From Nitrospirota bacterium (GTDB lineage: Bacteria > Nitrospirota > Nitrospiria > Nitrospirales > Nitrospiraceae): DNA of 64,000 bases. The stretch is taken from assembly GCA_963701855.1 (NCBI GenBank), contig CAVPBK010000006.1, positions 576,001 through 640,000 on the forward strand, in the 5' to 3' direction. Within the stretch, counting starts at the first letter, position 1. Each line of letters begins with the position of its first letter. The notes under the pieces are model-generated. The model was not told the origin of the DNA. It searched no databases and saw nothing but the letters and a program-made list of their open reading frames with translations. This document shows positions 27,897-37,539 of the stretch, one piece after another. Made by a program: the position numbers and the translations under genes.

Positions 27897-28265
27897 CTAC
27901 TTTTGATGCGTTTCGAACTGAGAGACTATCAGATCGTACTGCGCACGGCACTCCGCACAGCGAAGCCACAGCGCATCCTGAAACACATCCATCTCCCGAA
28001 GAGACAGGGCGGGAGCATGGGTGCCCATGCAGGCCTTAAGCGCTACGAGCCCATCCGGCGGCGCAGGATCCGGCTCAGGCAAGGAAGAATCCCCCGTCGA
28101 TACTTGTCTGGTGATTACACCGGTAGTCACCCGATGCACCATGCGGCAGGAGCTGCACGTCAGCACCACGATACGCTCCGGCTCGACGCGCTTGACCGTC
28201 AGGCAGAGCGGATGCACCGACCAACATTGTTGGAGAAAGGCCCCGCTCCGGATAATCTCTGCCAT
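27897..28265 (-). CDS. Hypothetical protein with two C-x3-H...C-x2-C repeats
   Basis: CWSVH...CSSC and CMGTH...CAEC. Confidence 0.7.
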   Translation of the reverse strand: MAEIIRSGAFLQQCWSVHPLCLTVKRVEPERIVVLTCSSCRMVHRVTTGVITRQVSTGDSSLPEPDPAPPDGLVALKACMGTHAPALSLREMDVFQDALWLRCAECRAQYDLIVSQFETHQK

Positions 28266-28385
28266 CGACCATCCTCACACGTCTGTCTCGTTCGTCTGGT
28301 TTGTTTTGTTTATTTGGTTCGTTTGGTTCAAGTTTCGTTCAACCAAAAAAACCAGACAGACCAGATAAACCAAACAACAATCTTC

Positions 28386-28724
28386 TCAGAGTGCCCACAG
28401 AGCCACCATCACTAACACCCCGATCACATAGGGGAGCACACAGGAATAGAGCACTGCCGACCACGCACGGCCCGGCGACTCATTGCGCGACAGCTGCTCC
28501 TTGTAGACGAATTCTCGGGAGAGGATCAATACGGTAAGAGTCAGCGCCAGCGTCCCGCTGGTCCGTGGCCAGGTGTAGGAACCACTGATGAGAAAGTTCG
28601 CCGTGAACAATCCACTGAGGAGGAGAATCACCGGCGCCAGGATGAGCCGGACTAAGTCGGAAAAAAAAGCATGCCGCCAGCCCGGACGGGCTTCCACCGA
28701 TCTTGATTGTGAGTGAGAATTCAC
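28386..28724 (-). CDS. Hypothetical membrane protein (3 TM)
   Basis: Hydrophobic segments; GTGA overlap with the upstream gene. Confidence 0.65.
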   Translation of the reverse strand: MNSHSQSRSVEARPGWRHAFFSDLVRLILAPVILLLSGLFTANFLISGSYTWPRTSGTLALTLTVLILSREFVYKEQLSRNESPGRAWSAVLYSCVLPYVIGVLVMVALWAL

Positions 28725-29008
28725 GACCCGACGGCCACCGGAATCACCGTCTTTGGCGGAATGGAAGGAGTGCTATCTTGGGCAGTACGACAACTCTTAC
28801 ACACACGGGGACGGGCTTTCAGGAACGAAACCTTTCCGTTGGCCAGGCAGCTGTAGTGGACAAAGTCCTCGCACAACGCGCAACGAGACCATCCGCCGCT
28901 GAAAAACGTCTTATTGCGGTAGAGCTCTTCCTTGCAGACCTTGCAGTACCGGGGCTCAATCCCCAACAACATTGGCTCCCAGGTCCCGGCGGCTTTTCTG
29001 ATACTCAT
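28721..29008 (-). CDS. C4HC3 (PHD-finger-like) zinc-finger protein
   Basis: CKVC-x17-CALC-x4-H-x2-C-x15-CKSC. Confidence 0.7.
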   Translation of the reverse strand: MSIRKAAGTWEPMLLGIEPRYCKVCKEELYRNKTFFSGGWSRCALCEDFVHYSCLANGKVSFLKARPRVCKSCRTAQDSTPSIPPKTVIPVAVGS

Positions 29009-29120
29009 GCATCGGAGTATATCGAAGCGTTCGTCGGAAAAACAAGGAGCCTTCACTTTTAGCTCGATGGTGAGGAACGGGAAACGCTACAATTTATTGG
29101 AATGAGTAAACAGTCTATTT

Positions 29121-29731
29121 CTAGCGACGATGGCTACTTCTGCGCGATTCTTTCTTCGGAGGTTGAAACGTGCACACAGGAACAAGATGGCTGGCCTCGA
29201 TCAGATAGAAGGTTGTTCCGAGATGTGGTAGATCTCCTGCTCTTTCTTCTACCGTATCCCAAGTCACTACATATATATGTGACACCGTTTTTGTGATGCT
29301 AACAGAGTCATGCCTCTTCAGGTCAAAGAGGTGGGCAGGCTCTATCGAAAAAAATGGTCCAGCCCTGTATAGAGATTGGATGTGACCTCATCCAATACAT
29401 CTTTGCCTTCAGGACCTAGGTACAAGTTTTCGAACTGATACTGCCCAGTAAAAAAAGTTCGACGAGATAGACGCTGCAATGATCCATCATTCTCGAACTT
29501 AATTTGGACTGTGGCAGTGGTATCCGAAAGCTGCTCCCACTCAATAGGGATTTCGTTTGGCACGATTGGAAAGTCAAATTTTGAGGTGGGACACTTGTGC
29601 TCCAAAGACTGAAACGTTTGTACCCAGCTCCGAATTGATGCTGCAGAGGCAGAGCAATTCCAAGCAACAACTATAAGACTAAATGCTAGAAGAAAATTAC
29701 GACTCATGATGCGGATTATACCAAGGGTCAT
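29121..29731 (-). pseudogene. AT-rich secreted-protein gene frameshifted at a T7 run
   Basis: Signal peptide; stop right after T7 (A7 at 29348-29354 on +); one extra T would open the frame to TAG at 29121. Confidence 0.55.
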
Positions 29732-29839
29732 CCATATGGCCTCTCTTATTCCTCATTCTCCCAGGGACTACACTCGTGATTGGGTCCACAGCGCCCGTTG
29801 ATCTAGCACGCCATTTTTAAGGGAGAGGGGTTTTGTTGG

Positions 29840-30075
29840 TCTCCCACTGTGCGCGTCCAATGAGGAGTCCCCAACTCCCTATTCTCCTCTCTTTAGGGAG
29901 TGGCCGAGGCTGCCCTTTACTGCGCACATCGAACGATATACATGCTCCCTCCAAGCTTGCTCGTGTTTTCTCTAGGGATGGGGGCTGATTGATCTTCTAC
30001 TGCGCGCGTCCAACGAGGGCCTGCCGAGGCCGCGCGTTGCGCGAGCACAGAAGATCATCAGGCTCCATCCCCCGC
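29840..30075 (+). repeat. Structured hairpin repeat family A (compound)
   Basis: Three ACTG(C/T)GC(G/A)C(A/G)TC cores. Confidence 0.85.
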
Positions 30076-30152
30076 TCCGTTTGACAGCCTCCGGGCCATT
30101 TGCTACGCTCCGCGCCGGTTCAGCGCCTGTCGCAGCACAGGTAATTTATCCC

Positions 30153-31043
30153 ATGAACATCAAGGACTACCTCGAACAGAAGCGGATCGATGTGGATCGG
30201 TTCCTCGATGCCGTCATGCCTGGCGTTGCCACGCCGCCCACCACACTCCACGAGAGCATGCGCTACAGTCTCATGGCGGGAGGGAAGCGTGTCCGCCCGA
30301 TCCTGGCCATCGCCGCGGCGGAAGCGGTTGGGCAGTCGGCGCCGGGGTTGATGCCGATTGCCTGTTCCCTGGAGCTGATCCACACCTACTCCTTGATTCA
30401 CGACGACCTGCCCGCGATGGACAACGACGACTTTCGGCGCGGGAAACCGACGAATCACAAGGTCTACGGCGATGCGATGGCAATCCTGGCCGGTGACGCG
30501 TTATTGACGATGGCCTTCGATCTCTGCAGTCATCCGGATCTGATGAAGGGCTGCGACCCGACGCGCCAAGTGCGACTGATTCAAGAACTAGCCTACGGAT
30601 CGGGAAACATGGGAATGGTGGGCGGTCAGGTACTTGATATCCAGGCTGAAAACAAGGACATTGATCTTCCGACGCTCCAGAACATCCACAAACATAAGAC
30701 CGGCATGTTGATTCGCGCAGCGGTGCGGATGGGCGCCCTTGCCGCCGGTGCAAGCGATCGACAACTGGACGATCTCACGAGCTATGCTGAGGACGTCGGA
30801 CTGGCCTTTCAGATCGCAGACGATGTGCTCAACGTGACCGGCACCCGCGAGGAACTGGGCAAGAATCCCAATACCGACGCAGAACGCGGAAAAAAAACCT
30901 ACCCGACGTTCTACGGGGCCGAGGGAGCCAGAACACTAGCGGACGACTGCGTGGCCCGCGCAATCGCCCGCCTCTCTCCCTTCGGTCCAGCCGCAGACCC
31001 GCTCCGCGAACTGGCCCGGTATATCACGTCACGGAAAAACTAG
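30153..31043 (+). CDS. ispA: Farnesyl/geranylgeranyl diphosphate synthase
   Basis: GGKRVRP, HDDLPAMDNDDFRRG, KTG, FQIADD; TTGACA-17-TACGCT promoter at 30081. Confidence 0.93.
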   Translation: MNIKDYLEQKRIDVDRFLDAVMPGVATPPTTLHESMRYSLMAGGKRVRPILAIAAAEAVGQSAPGLMPIACSLELIHTYSLIHDDLPAMDNDDFRRGKPTNHKVYGDAMAILAGDALLTMAFDLCSHPDLMKGCDPTRQVRLIQELAYGSGNMGMVGGQVLDIQAENKDIDLPTLQNIHKHKTGMLIRAAVRMGALAAGASDRQLDDLTSYAEDVGLAFQIADDVLNVTGTREELGKNPNTDAERGKKTYPTFYGAEGARTLADDCVARAIARLSPFGPAADPLRELARYITSRKN

Positions 31044-31141
31044 TGCTGAGCCATGAGTGCTGAGACGGAAACAGGATCATACGCCCTAATATGCTGTTCG
31101 GGCAGCAATCCTGTCTTAACCCTCCCCCCTCAGCACTTTCC

Positions 31142-32125
31142 ATGAAAGTTCTCGTCACTGGCGCAACCGGATTTGTCGGCGGCGCAGTGGTACGCGCGCT
31201 GGTCAAGAGCGGCATTGATGTCCGCGTTCTGGCACGAGCAAGAGCTGACCTCCAGAATCTTCAGAATCTGACCGTCGAGCGGGTCGAAGGCGATCTGCGC
31301 GATCCAACCTCGTTGCGCACATCGCTCACCGGCTGCCGGCAGCTCTACCATGTGGCGGCGCACTATGCGCTCTGGGCCAAAGATCCGTCGATCTTTTACG
31401 ACATCAATGTCACTGGCACGAAGAATCTACTGGAAGCGGCTCGCGAAGTCGGTACCGAACGGATCGTCTACTGCAGCACCATCGGCGCGATCGGCCTTCC
31501 ACACGGCGGAGGGCTCGGCACGGAAGAGACGCCCGTCTCGCTCGAACAGATGGCTGGCCACTACAAACGGTCGAAGTACCTGGCTGAACAAGAAGTCTTG
31601 AAGCTCGCAAAGGCAGGGCTGCCGGTCGTCATTGTGAATCCGAGCGCCCCGGTCGGCACAGGCGACGTGAAGCCAACTCCAACGGGGCAAGTCATCGTAG
31701 ATTTCATGAAAGGCCGCATGCCGGCCTATATCGAAACTGGGATGAATATCGTGGACGTCGATGACGTGGCTGCCGGCCACCTGCTCGCAATGGAAAAGGG
31801 TCGGATCGGCGAGCGATACATTCTGGGCAACAAGAACTTGATGCTGCGTGAGGTGCTTGAGATCTTGAGTCGCCTGACCGGCGTCAAGGCGCCCTCGATC
31901 AAGTTGCCAAGATTGGCAATCCTTCCGTTGGCCTATGCCAATCAATGGATCGCAAATCTCACGGGCCAGTCTCCTCGTATTCCGCTGGAAGGGGTGAAGA
32001 TGGCGAAATACAAGATGCACTACGACTGCAGCAAGGCGATCCGAGAACTCGGCATCCCGCACACGCCGCCGGAAGTAGCACTTGAGAAAGCCGTGCGTTG
32101 GTTCAGAGATCACAAGTATGTGTGA
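31142..32125 (+). CDS. hpnA: Hopanoid-associated NAD-dependent epimerase/dehydratase
   Basis: TGATGFVG, HVAAHYALW, YKRSK, GDVKPTPTG. Confidence 0.82.
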   Translation: MKVLVTGATGFVGGAVVRALVKSGIDVRVLARARADLQNLQNLTVERVEGDLRDPTSLRTSLTGCRQLYHVAAHYALWAKDPSIFYDINVTGTKNLLEAAREVGTERIVYCSTIGAIGLPHGGGLGTEETPVSLEQMAGHYKRSKYLAEQEVLKLAKAGLPVVIVNPSAPVGTGDVKPTPTGQVIVDFMKGRMPAYIETGMNIVDVDDVAAGHLLAMEKGRIGERYILGNKNLMLREVLEILSRLTGVKAPSIKLPRLAILPLAYANQWIANLTGQSPRIPLEGVKMAKYKMHYDCSKAIRELGIPHTPPEVALEKAVRWFRDHKYV

Positions 32126-32179
32126 AGGTTCAACCGTGAATCCTGTAACGTTAACCTCAGCACTCAGCACTCAGCACTG

Positions 32180-32989
32180 ATGGAACTCATCGAGCTCTTC
32201 TTCAAGACCATCCTCTTCCGCCCTTACGTCTTCGTCTTCCTTGCGGCCTTTTTGTTTGCCGCAATCAAGCTGATCGGCTGGCCGCGAACCTGGCGTTTCT
32301 GGCTGATTAGCTGGGCTATGGCCTTCCTCTCCGAGTTTTCGTCCACTCGCATCGGCATTCCCTTCGGGTGGTACCACTACAATGGCTCGACCGTCGGACA
32401 GGAACTCTACATCTCCAACATTCCGATCATAGTCCCGACTTCATATAGTTTTCTCCTCTACGCGGCCTACTGCGTGGCCCTCTGTCTTGTTCTTCCAATC
32501 AAGACATCCACTGCTTCTACTCCCCCAATACTCAAACCGTTAGATCTTGATGGGGGAGCACGAACGAGTTGGTCCGTGCTCTTGCTGACCGCCTTCTTGT
32601 TTGCCTTTATCGACATGGTCATCGATCCTCTGGCCCTCCGCGGCGACCGCTGGTTCCTGGGAAAGATTTACTACTATCTCGACCCAGGCCTTCACTTCGG
32701 CGTCCCATTCGCCAACTATGTTGGCTGGGTCGTTGTCGGGCTCCTCTCCCTCGCGATCTATTTCCCGCTCGAGCGACGACTCTCTGCGCTCACATCGCCT
32801 CCGTCGGTCACGCCTCAACTTCTATTAGGCGTCGGCCTTTACCATGGCGTCCTAGCCTTCAATCTCAGCGTGACGTTTTGGATCGGTGAATTACTTGTGG
32901 GGATGACCGGGCTGCTGATGCATCTCCCCGTCATTGCGCTGCTGATGTTTCGCCTTGCAGGACCACGCGCTGGCCATTCATCGGGATAG
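32180..32989 (+). CDS. CruF-like / DUF422 membrane protein (carotenoid biosynthesis family)
   Basis: GIPFGWYHY, DMVIDP, FGVPFANYVGW. Confidence 0.75.
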   Translation: MELIELFFKTILFRPYVFVFLAAFLFAAIKLIGWPRTWRFWLISWAMAFLSEFSSTRIGIPFGWYHYNGSTVGQELYISNIPIIVPTSYSFLLYAAYCVALCLVLPIKTSTASTPPILKPLDLDGGARTSWSVLLLTAFLFAFIDMVIDPLALRGDRWFLGKIYYYLDPGLHFGVPFANYVGWVVVGLLSLAIYFPLERRLSALTSPPSVTPQLLLGVGLYHGVLAFNLSVTFWIGELLVGMTGLLMHLPVIALLMFRLAGPRAGHSSG

Positions 32990-33031
32990 CTCGGTGGCAA
33001 TCAGACAGAAGACTTTGTATAGTCATGGGAG

Positions 33032-33293
33032 CCCGCATTATTCACGAGAGTTCGTAACGAAACCGCTGAGACGCTTCGCGAGACGGGCGCGCGGAGGCGC
33101 GAAGGAAGGTGGCATACTTGAAACAGTATGTTGACCGACTGAGCAGCGAGCCCGCCCGCCGTCAGGTGCGTCGCCACCGCGCTTGCGAGGTCGAGCGCCC
33201 TTTGTATGATCCTGGCGAGAAGAAAGAATACCGCAATGAGTTCTGACTTTCGTATCAACGGTTGCAGTAGAACGTCTTCGTGAATAATGCGGG
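33032..33293. mobile_element. MITE family E
   Basis: TIRs CCCGCATTATTCACGA...TCGTGAATAATGCGGG followed by CTAG; same ends as 15349-15586. Confidence 0.72.
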
Positions 33294-33302
33294 CTAGTAG
33301 CC

Positions 33303-33923
33303 ATGCGAACAAAACTGATCGTCTTCATCATCGTGGTGGGCCTCGGAATTGTCGGTGCCTTCGGGTGGGTGGGATATCAATTGTTCACAACCGGCTTTAG
33401 CGCTAAAACCGAGCCGCATGCCCTGGAGATCTTTATCGCGCGGCAAGTCCGCCACCTGGCCATCCCGATCGAACAACGAAACGCGCAGAATCCCATCCCA
33501 TTGAGCTCCGACGTGATCAAAGAGTCGCTGGCACATTTCGCCGACCATTGCGCGCTATGCCATGCCAACGACGGAAGCGGCCAGACGCTCATCGGCAAGA
33601 ACGTCAACCCCAGAGCGCCGGACCTCCGATTACCCGACATCCAATCGATGTCGGATGGCGAGATCTTCTGGGTAATTCACAACGGCATCCGCTTCACCGC
33701 CATGCCGGCCTGGGGAGAGGGTGACCCAGCAGAGGACAAGGGCAGTTGGAAGCTGGTCCACTTCATTCGCCATCTCCCACAATTGACGACGGACGAACTC
33801 AACCAGATGAAGGCCCTCAATCCCAAGACGAAGAAAGACCTGGAAGAAGAAGCCGCCTTCGGAGAATTCCTACAGGGAAACGACGCGGCGGCAGCCAAGA
33901 CCAGTAGCGGCCATCATCACTGA
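33303..33923 (+). CDS. Membrane-anchored monoheme cytochrome c
   Basis: CALCH heme motif; GIRFTAMPAW; His-rich tail. Confidence 0.88.
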   Translation: MRTKLIVFIIVVGLGIVGAFGWVGYQLFTTGFSAKTEPHALEIFIARQVRHLAIPIEQRNAQNPIPLSSDVIKESLAHFADHCALCHANDGSGQTLIGKNVNPRAPDLRLPDIQSMSDGEIFWVIHNGIRFTAMPAWGEGDPAEDKGSWKLVHFIRHLPQLTTDELNQMKALNPKTKKDLEEEAAFGEFLQGNDAAAAKTSSGHHH

Positions 33924-33957
33924 CTTTACTCGACGATACAGGAAAGAGGATTCACCC

Positions 33958-34320
33958 ATGTGGTTACGCTTGACTGTCACGCTCACATGTCTCGTCATTT
34001 CGACGCCAAGCTTTGCCCATAGCGCGGATCAACATGTGCTCGGCACGATTATGGCCATCGACACAACCCATGTCGAAATCAAAACGACCAAGGGCCAGTC
34101 AGTGGACGTGCGGCTCAACAAAAAGACCCAGTACAAGGATGAGCACAATCCGAAAGGCGCCGGCGTGCCCGAGGTGGGCGATCGTGTCGTCATTAAGGCC
34201 GAAAAGGGCGAAAAAAAAGGCGATAAAATATTGCTCGCCACCGAAATCCATTTTTCCTCAGCCAAACGTGTACTGACCCCCATGCCCATGCCACCGGTTC
34301 CGGCCCAACCGGTTCAGTAG
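33958..34320 (+). CDS. Periplasmic small beta-barrel protein (possible metal binder)
   Basis: Signal peptide ending SFA-H; HVLGTI...VGDRVVI. Confidence 0.65.
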   Translation: MWLRLTVTLTCLVISTPSFAHSADQHVLGTIMAIDTTHVEIKTTKGQSVDVRLNKKTQYKDEHNPKGAGVPEVGDRVVIKAEKGEKKGDKILLATEIHFSSAKRVLTPMPMPPVPAQPVQ

Positions 34321-34359
34321 GATGATCGATGCCGATGCTTCACGCATCACGGAATCTCA

Positions 34360-34788
34360 ATGCACACATTTTTTAGCGGCGGATTTCGCGCGGCGGTCAT
34401 TCGAGTCCTGATCACAGGCATCGCGGTATTTCTGGCGGTCATGATCGTCCCAGGCCTTGAAGTCGACTCGTTCGGCGCGGGACTCGCCGCGGTATTGGTG
34501 CTCACGCTTCTGAACCTCTTGGTCCGGCCCATTCTCTTGATGGTGACCCTTCCCTTGATCGTCCTCTCGTTGGGGCTTTTTCTCATCGTCGTCAACGCGC
34601 TTCTTCTGGAACTCACCGCATACCTGGTCGGAGGATTCTCGGTGACCGGGTTTTGGCCGGCGGTCGGCGGCGCGATCGTGATTAGTGTGGTCACCATGAT
34701 CCTCAACACATGGACCTCTGAGCAGCGCCCGACGGAACGTCGCTCGTTCCCCCAACGCCCTCCGAAGATCATCAATCCCGACGAATAA
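34360..34788 (+). CDS. YvlD / holin superfamily IV membrane protein
   Basis: 4 TM; LNLLVRPIL..TLPL..LSLGLF..VVNA. Confidence 0.85.
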   Translation: MHTFFSGGFRAAVIRVLITGIAVFLAVMIVPGLEVDSFGAGLAAVLVLTLLNLLVRPILLMVTLPLIVLSLGLFLIVVNALLLELTAYLVGGFSVTGFWPAVGGAIVISVVTMILNTWTSEQRPTERRSFPQRPPKIINPDE

Positions 34789-34799
34789 CAGGACTCAAT

Positions 34800-34926
34800 C
34801 AGGCTGCTGAAAAAGCCCGCCAGCTGCGTTCTCCCCTCGAAAGCATCCTCAACGTAGCCAGGAGGCTACGCCTCCGGTGCTTTCATCGGCTGCGGCCTTG
34901 TTGGACGGACTTTTTGAGCAGCCTGC
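34800..34926. mobile_element. MITE-like repeat family B
   Basis: CAGGCTGCTGAAAAAG...CTTTTTGAGCAGCCTG. Confidence 0.78.
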
Positions 34927-35070
34927 GGGAATGTATTCCAGTTGTGCCACACGTGCAGCTCCTCGATGATCTCATATGCCAACATGACTTCCCGCAGCCT
35001 GCTATTCCTTTTCATTGAATTGCTGGTTCTGCATTGTTACAATGCCCGCGCGTAGCTAGCTAACCCACGA

Positions 35071-36891
35071 ATGATACCCACAGCTCCACAGAGCAAACCA
35101 ATTCCTGAGACGCATCTCCAGCGGACCTTGACAGCCGTGCTCAATGAGCTGCCGGTCGACGCGGCGCTTGCCGCCGTGTTCCACCGTGACCAAGGCCCGC
35201 TGGTTAGCCATGCCGCACGTGGCTTCACACCTCGTGACATTCAAGCCATACTCAGAACACTTTCGGCGCCCGCCATCGCTGCATCGGCCCCTGCGAACGA
35301 TCAGGACGGCGGGCGCACCATTCGCCTTCGCTTGATTACGCCGGGCACGAAGTCGTTGCTCGGGGTTTCCCTCCTGCATCGGAACCGGACATACGGCTTC
35401 CTCGTCATCGGACGTAAAGAGAGCGCCACGTTCGCGAAAAAAGAGAAGAGTTTGATGGAGCAGGCCAGCGACGAGGTCACAAAAGCGCTGGATCGCGAAG
35501 GTCTGTTCGATATGAACGTCCTGCTCAGCCGCCCGTTTGTCACGCACGAGCCGGTCCCTTCCCCGCCCTCTCCGGCGGAGCTGTTCACGGCTCCGGCGTC
35601 GCAGCTCACACCGGAACTCCAAGACAAGATTATTGCCGTGTTGACAGATGCCAACCAATACGTCGCCTACGATCGCATCTGGGCCTGCCGCTACGATCCC
35701 CTCGCGGGCAATGTCGAAGTCCTGGGACTGGCCGGCGATCTCAAGAGCGAACAGAAGGATGGAAAAAAGGATCTAAAGCCGGGCCACCGCCTCACGCTCG
35801 ATAGCTCAGCTTCCGGATGGGCAGTTCGCCATCGTAAGCCACGCGTGGATCATGATCTTGCCTCCACACAGGGACGATTCCTCGATCATAAATATCTGTT
35901 CAAGGACCGGCTTCTTTCTTCGCTCGTCGTGCCGTTCTTTGTCCGGGGACAGGTAGGCGGGACCATTACCCTGGCATCAAAAGAGTCCGGGCGCTACCAA
36001 CAGACGGATGCCCGCACGCTTGAACCAACAATTGTGAAAATCGCGGACATTCTCCAGGCTCCGGCACTGGCGCCGACCAGCCAGACCCCCGCCACTGGAC
36101 CAGCAGGCGTCCCTGGGGCAGCCATAGCCCCCGGTCCCTCGGAACCCATCATCAGGAAACAAGAACGGCAAGCCGCAATCGGCGAGTTCAGCATGTTCCT
36201 GGCCACAGAAGTACGTGAGCCGCTCGCTTCGATCCGCGCCCAATTGGAAGAAGTCACGGGTGAAGGTATTCTCGATTTCGACCCGCAAACGCGTGTCGAG
36301 AACGCGATGCGTGATTTGATCCGTATAGAAGCCATCCTGAACGAGATTTTGGATTTTGCAAAACCGCTCGAACTGACACGGCGGCTTCTCCGCATCCCCG
36401 AAGTGATCGAGAGCGCGCTCACACTGATCACGACCGACCTCGAAGTCACCCGGATACAGGTGACCAAGGACTATGCGACGATGATCGCGCCGGTTCGCGG
36501 CGACGAAGCCAAGCTCCAGCAAGTCTTTCTCAGTATTTTTAAGAACGCCTGTGAAGCGATGAACCCCGGTGGGCATCTCCACATTCAAGTCACCCAGCAT
36601 CGCGCTGGGCGCGGCGTGGAAGATCAGATCCTCATCAAGAACGACGGGGCTCCTATTCCAGCAGAAATCGTCGATAAGGTGTTTGAGCCGTTTTTCACCA
36701 CGAAGCGAACCGGCATCGGTCTGGGCCTTGCTACGGTCAAGAAAATCGTCGAAGAGCACGGCGGCTCGATTGCGATCGGCAGCGCGCCAGGCGAAGGAAC
36801 CACCGTCACCATCCGCCTCCCCGGTCTCAGCCATGGCCCGTCCTATCGCGGACGCGGGCGCCGCCGTCCACCCGCACGCCGCCAGGCCTGA
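35071..36891 (+). CDS. GAF-domain histidine-kinase-like protein lacking the H-box His
   Basis: GAF-like regions; ATEVREPL; N box KNACEAM; F box FEPFFTTK; G2 box GIGLGL. Confidence 0.85.
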   Translation: MIPTAPQSKPIPETHLQRTLTAVLNELPVDAALAAVFHRDQGPLVSHAARGFTPRDIQAILRTLSAPAIAASAPANDQDGGRTIRLRLITPGTKSLLGVSLLHRNRTYGFLVIGRKESATFAKKEKSLMEQASDEVTKALDREGLFDMNVLLSRPFVTHEPVPSPPSPAELFTAPASQLTPELQDKIIAVLTDANQYVAYDRIWACRYDPLAGNVEVLGLAGDLKSEQKDGKKDLKPGHRLTLDSSASGWAVRHRKPRVDHDLASTQGRFLDHKYLFKDRLLSSLVVPFFVRGQVGGTITLASKESGRYQQTDARTLEPTIVKIADILQAPALAPTSQTPATGPAGVPGAAIAPGPSEPIIRKQERQAAIGEFSMFLATEVREPLASIRAQLEEVTGEGILDFDPQTRVENAMRDLIRIEAILNEILDFAKPLELTRRLLRIPEVIESALTLITTDLEVTRIQVTKDYATMIAPVRGDEAKLQQVFLSIFKNACEAMNPGGHLHIQVTQHRAGRGVEDQILIKNDGAPIPAEIVDKVFEPFFTTKRTGIGLGLATVKKIVEEHGGSIAIGSAPGEGTTVTIRLPGLSHGPSYRGRGRRRPPARRQA

Positions 36892-37392
36892 TATTTCGTT
36901 TCCATCGGTTCCCTACTCTGATACTCACGACACCTACTAGCTTCTCACAAGAACGGCCCCTTCACCGCTTTGAAACTAAGGGATTTGATCTGGTCGCCTT
37001 GCCGTGCGACCAGCGGTTTAGGAATGGAAGCAAGACATTTTTGAAAGGGCTCGGTGTTTCAATGGTTTCCCCTTTTTTTATTTGAATACCGTGGCTTGAT
37101 AACTTTCTAGCGACTCTATTGATTGCAATAGTTTTCATTCATCAAACAGCTTTTAGCACAAAATTAACACAAGCTTTTGGGGTAAACCCCTCCGGTGAGA
37201 CATGAGAATAACGCACACATGGTGATTTCGCTTCCTGATCGGCTCCCCAAAGATAGAACGGCGCACGGGAACGCAGTTCGGTTTCAATGGCCTTGATGCC
37301 TTGGCATGGGATTTCCGTTCACATTGATATGCAAGCCTGTCGCATGATATAGACTGAAACGTCATAAAACCTATAATGGTCCACGTCAAAGA

Positions 37393-37461
37393 ATGACTCT
37401 CAATCTGCAGAGCGTCGGGATTACCATGGTGGCGGCGATTATTATCGCCAACACTGCCTGA
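37393..37461 (+). CDS. Putative ilvA leader peptide MTLNLQSVGITMVAAIIIANTA
   Basis: 22 codons with ATT ATT ATC; follows TAGACT-16-TATAAT (37350-37377); precedes a terminator and ilvA. Confidence 0.7.
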   Translation: MTLNLQSVGITMVAAIIIANTA

Positions 37462-37498
37462 GCCTAACTGCGATCGAGAGCTTCATCTACGCGAGCAA

Positions 37499-37539
37499 AA
37501 GGCCCCTGGCGGATTCGGTTCCGCCAGGGGTTTTTATTT
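37499..37539 (+). terminator. Intrinsic terminator (attenuator) upstream of ilvA
   Basis: Stem CCCCTGGCGGA / TCCGCCAGGGG followed by TTTTTATTT. Confidence 0.85.

Noticed and set aside
33001..33331. Minus-strand ORFs of about 100 aa
   Set aside because: They lie within MITE family E and have no recognisable domain.
34360..34788. Holin as evidence of a prophage
   Set aside because: YvlD-type holin-family genes are common chromosomal genes; no phage genes are nearby.
36900..37340. AT-rich intergenic stretch as a tRNA/att site or ncRNA
   Set aside because: No cloverleaf, direct repeat or convincing structure could be identified by eye.
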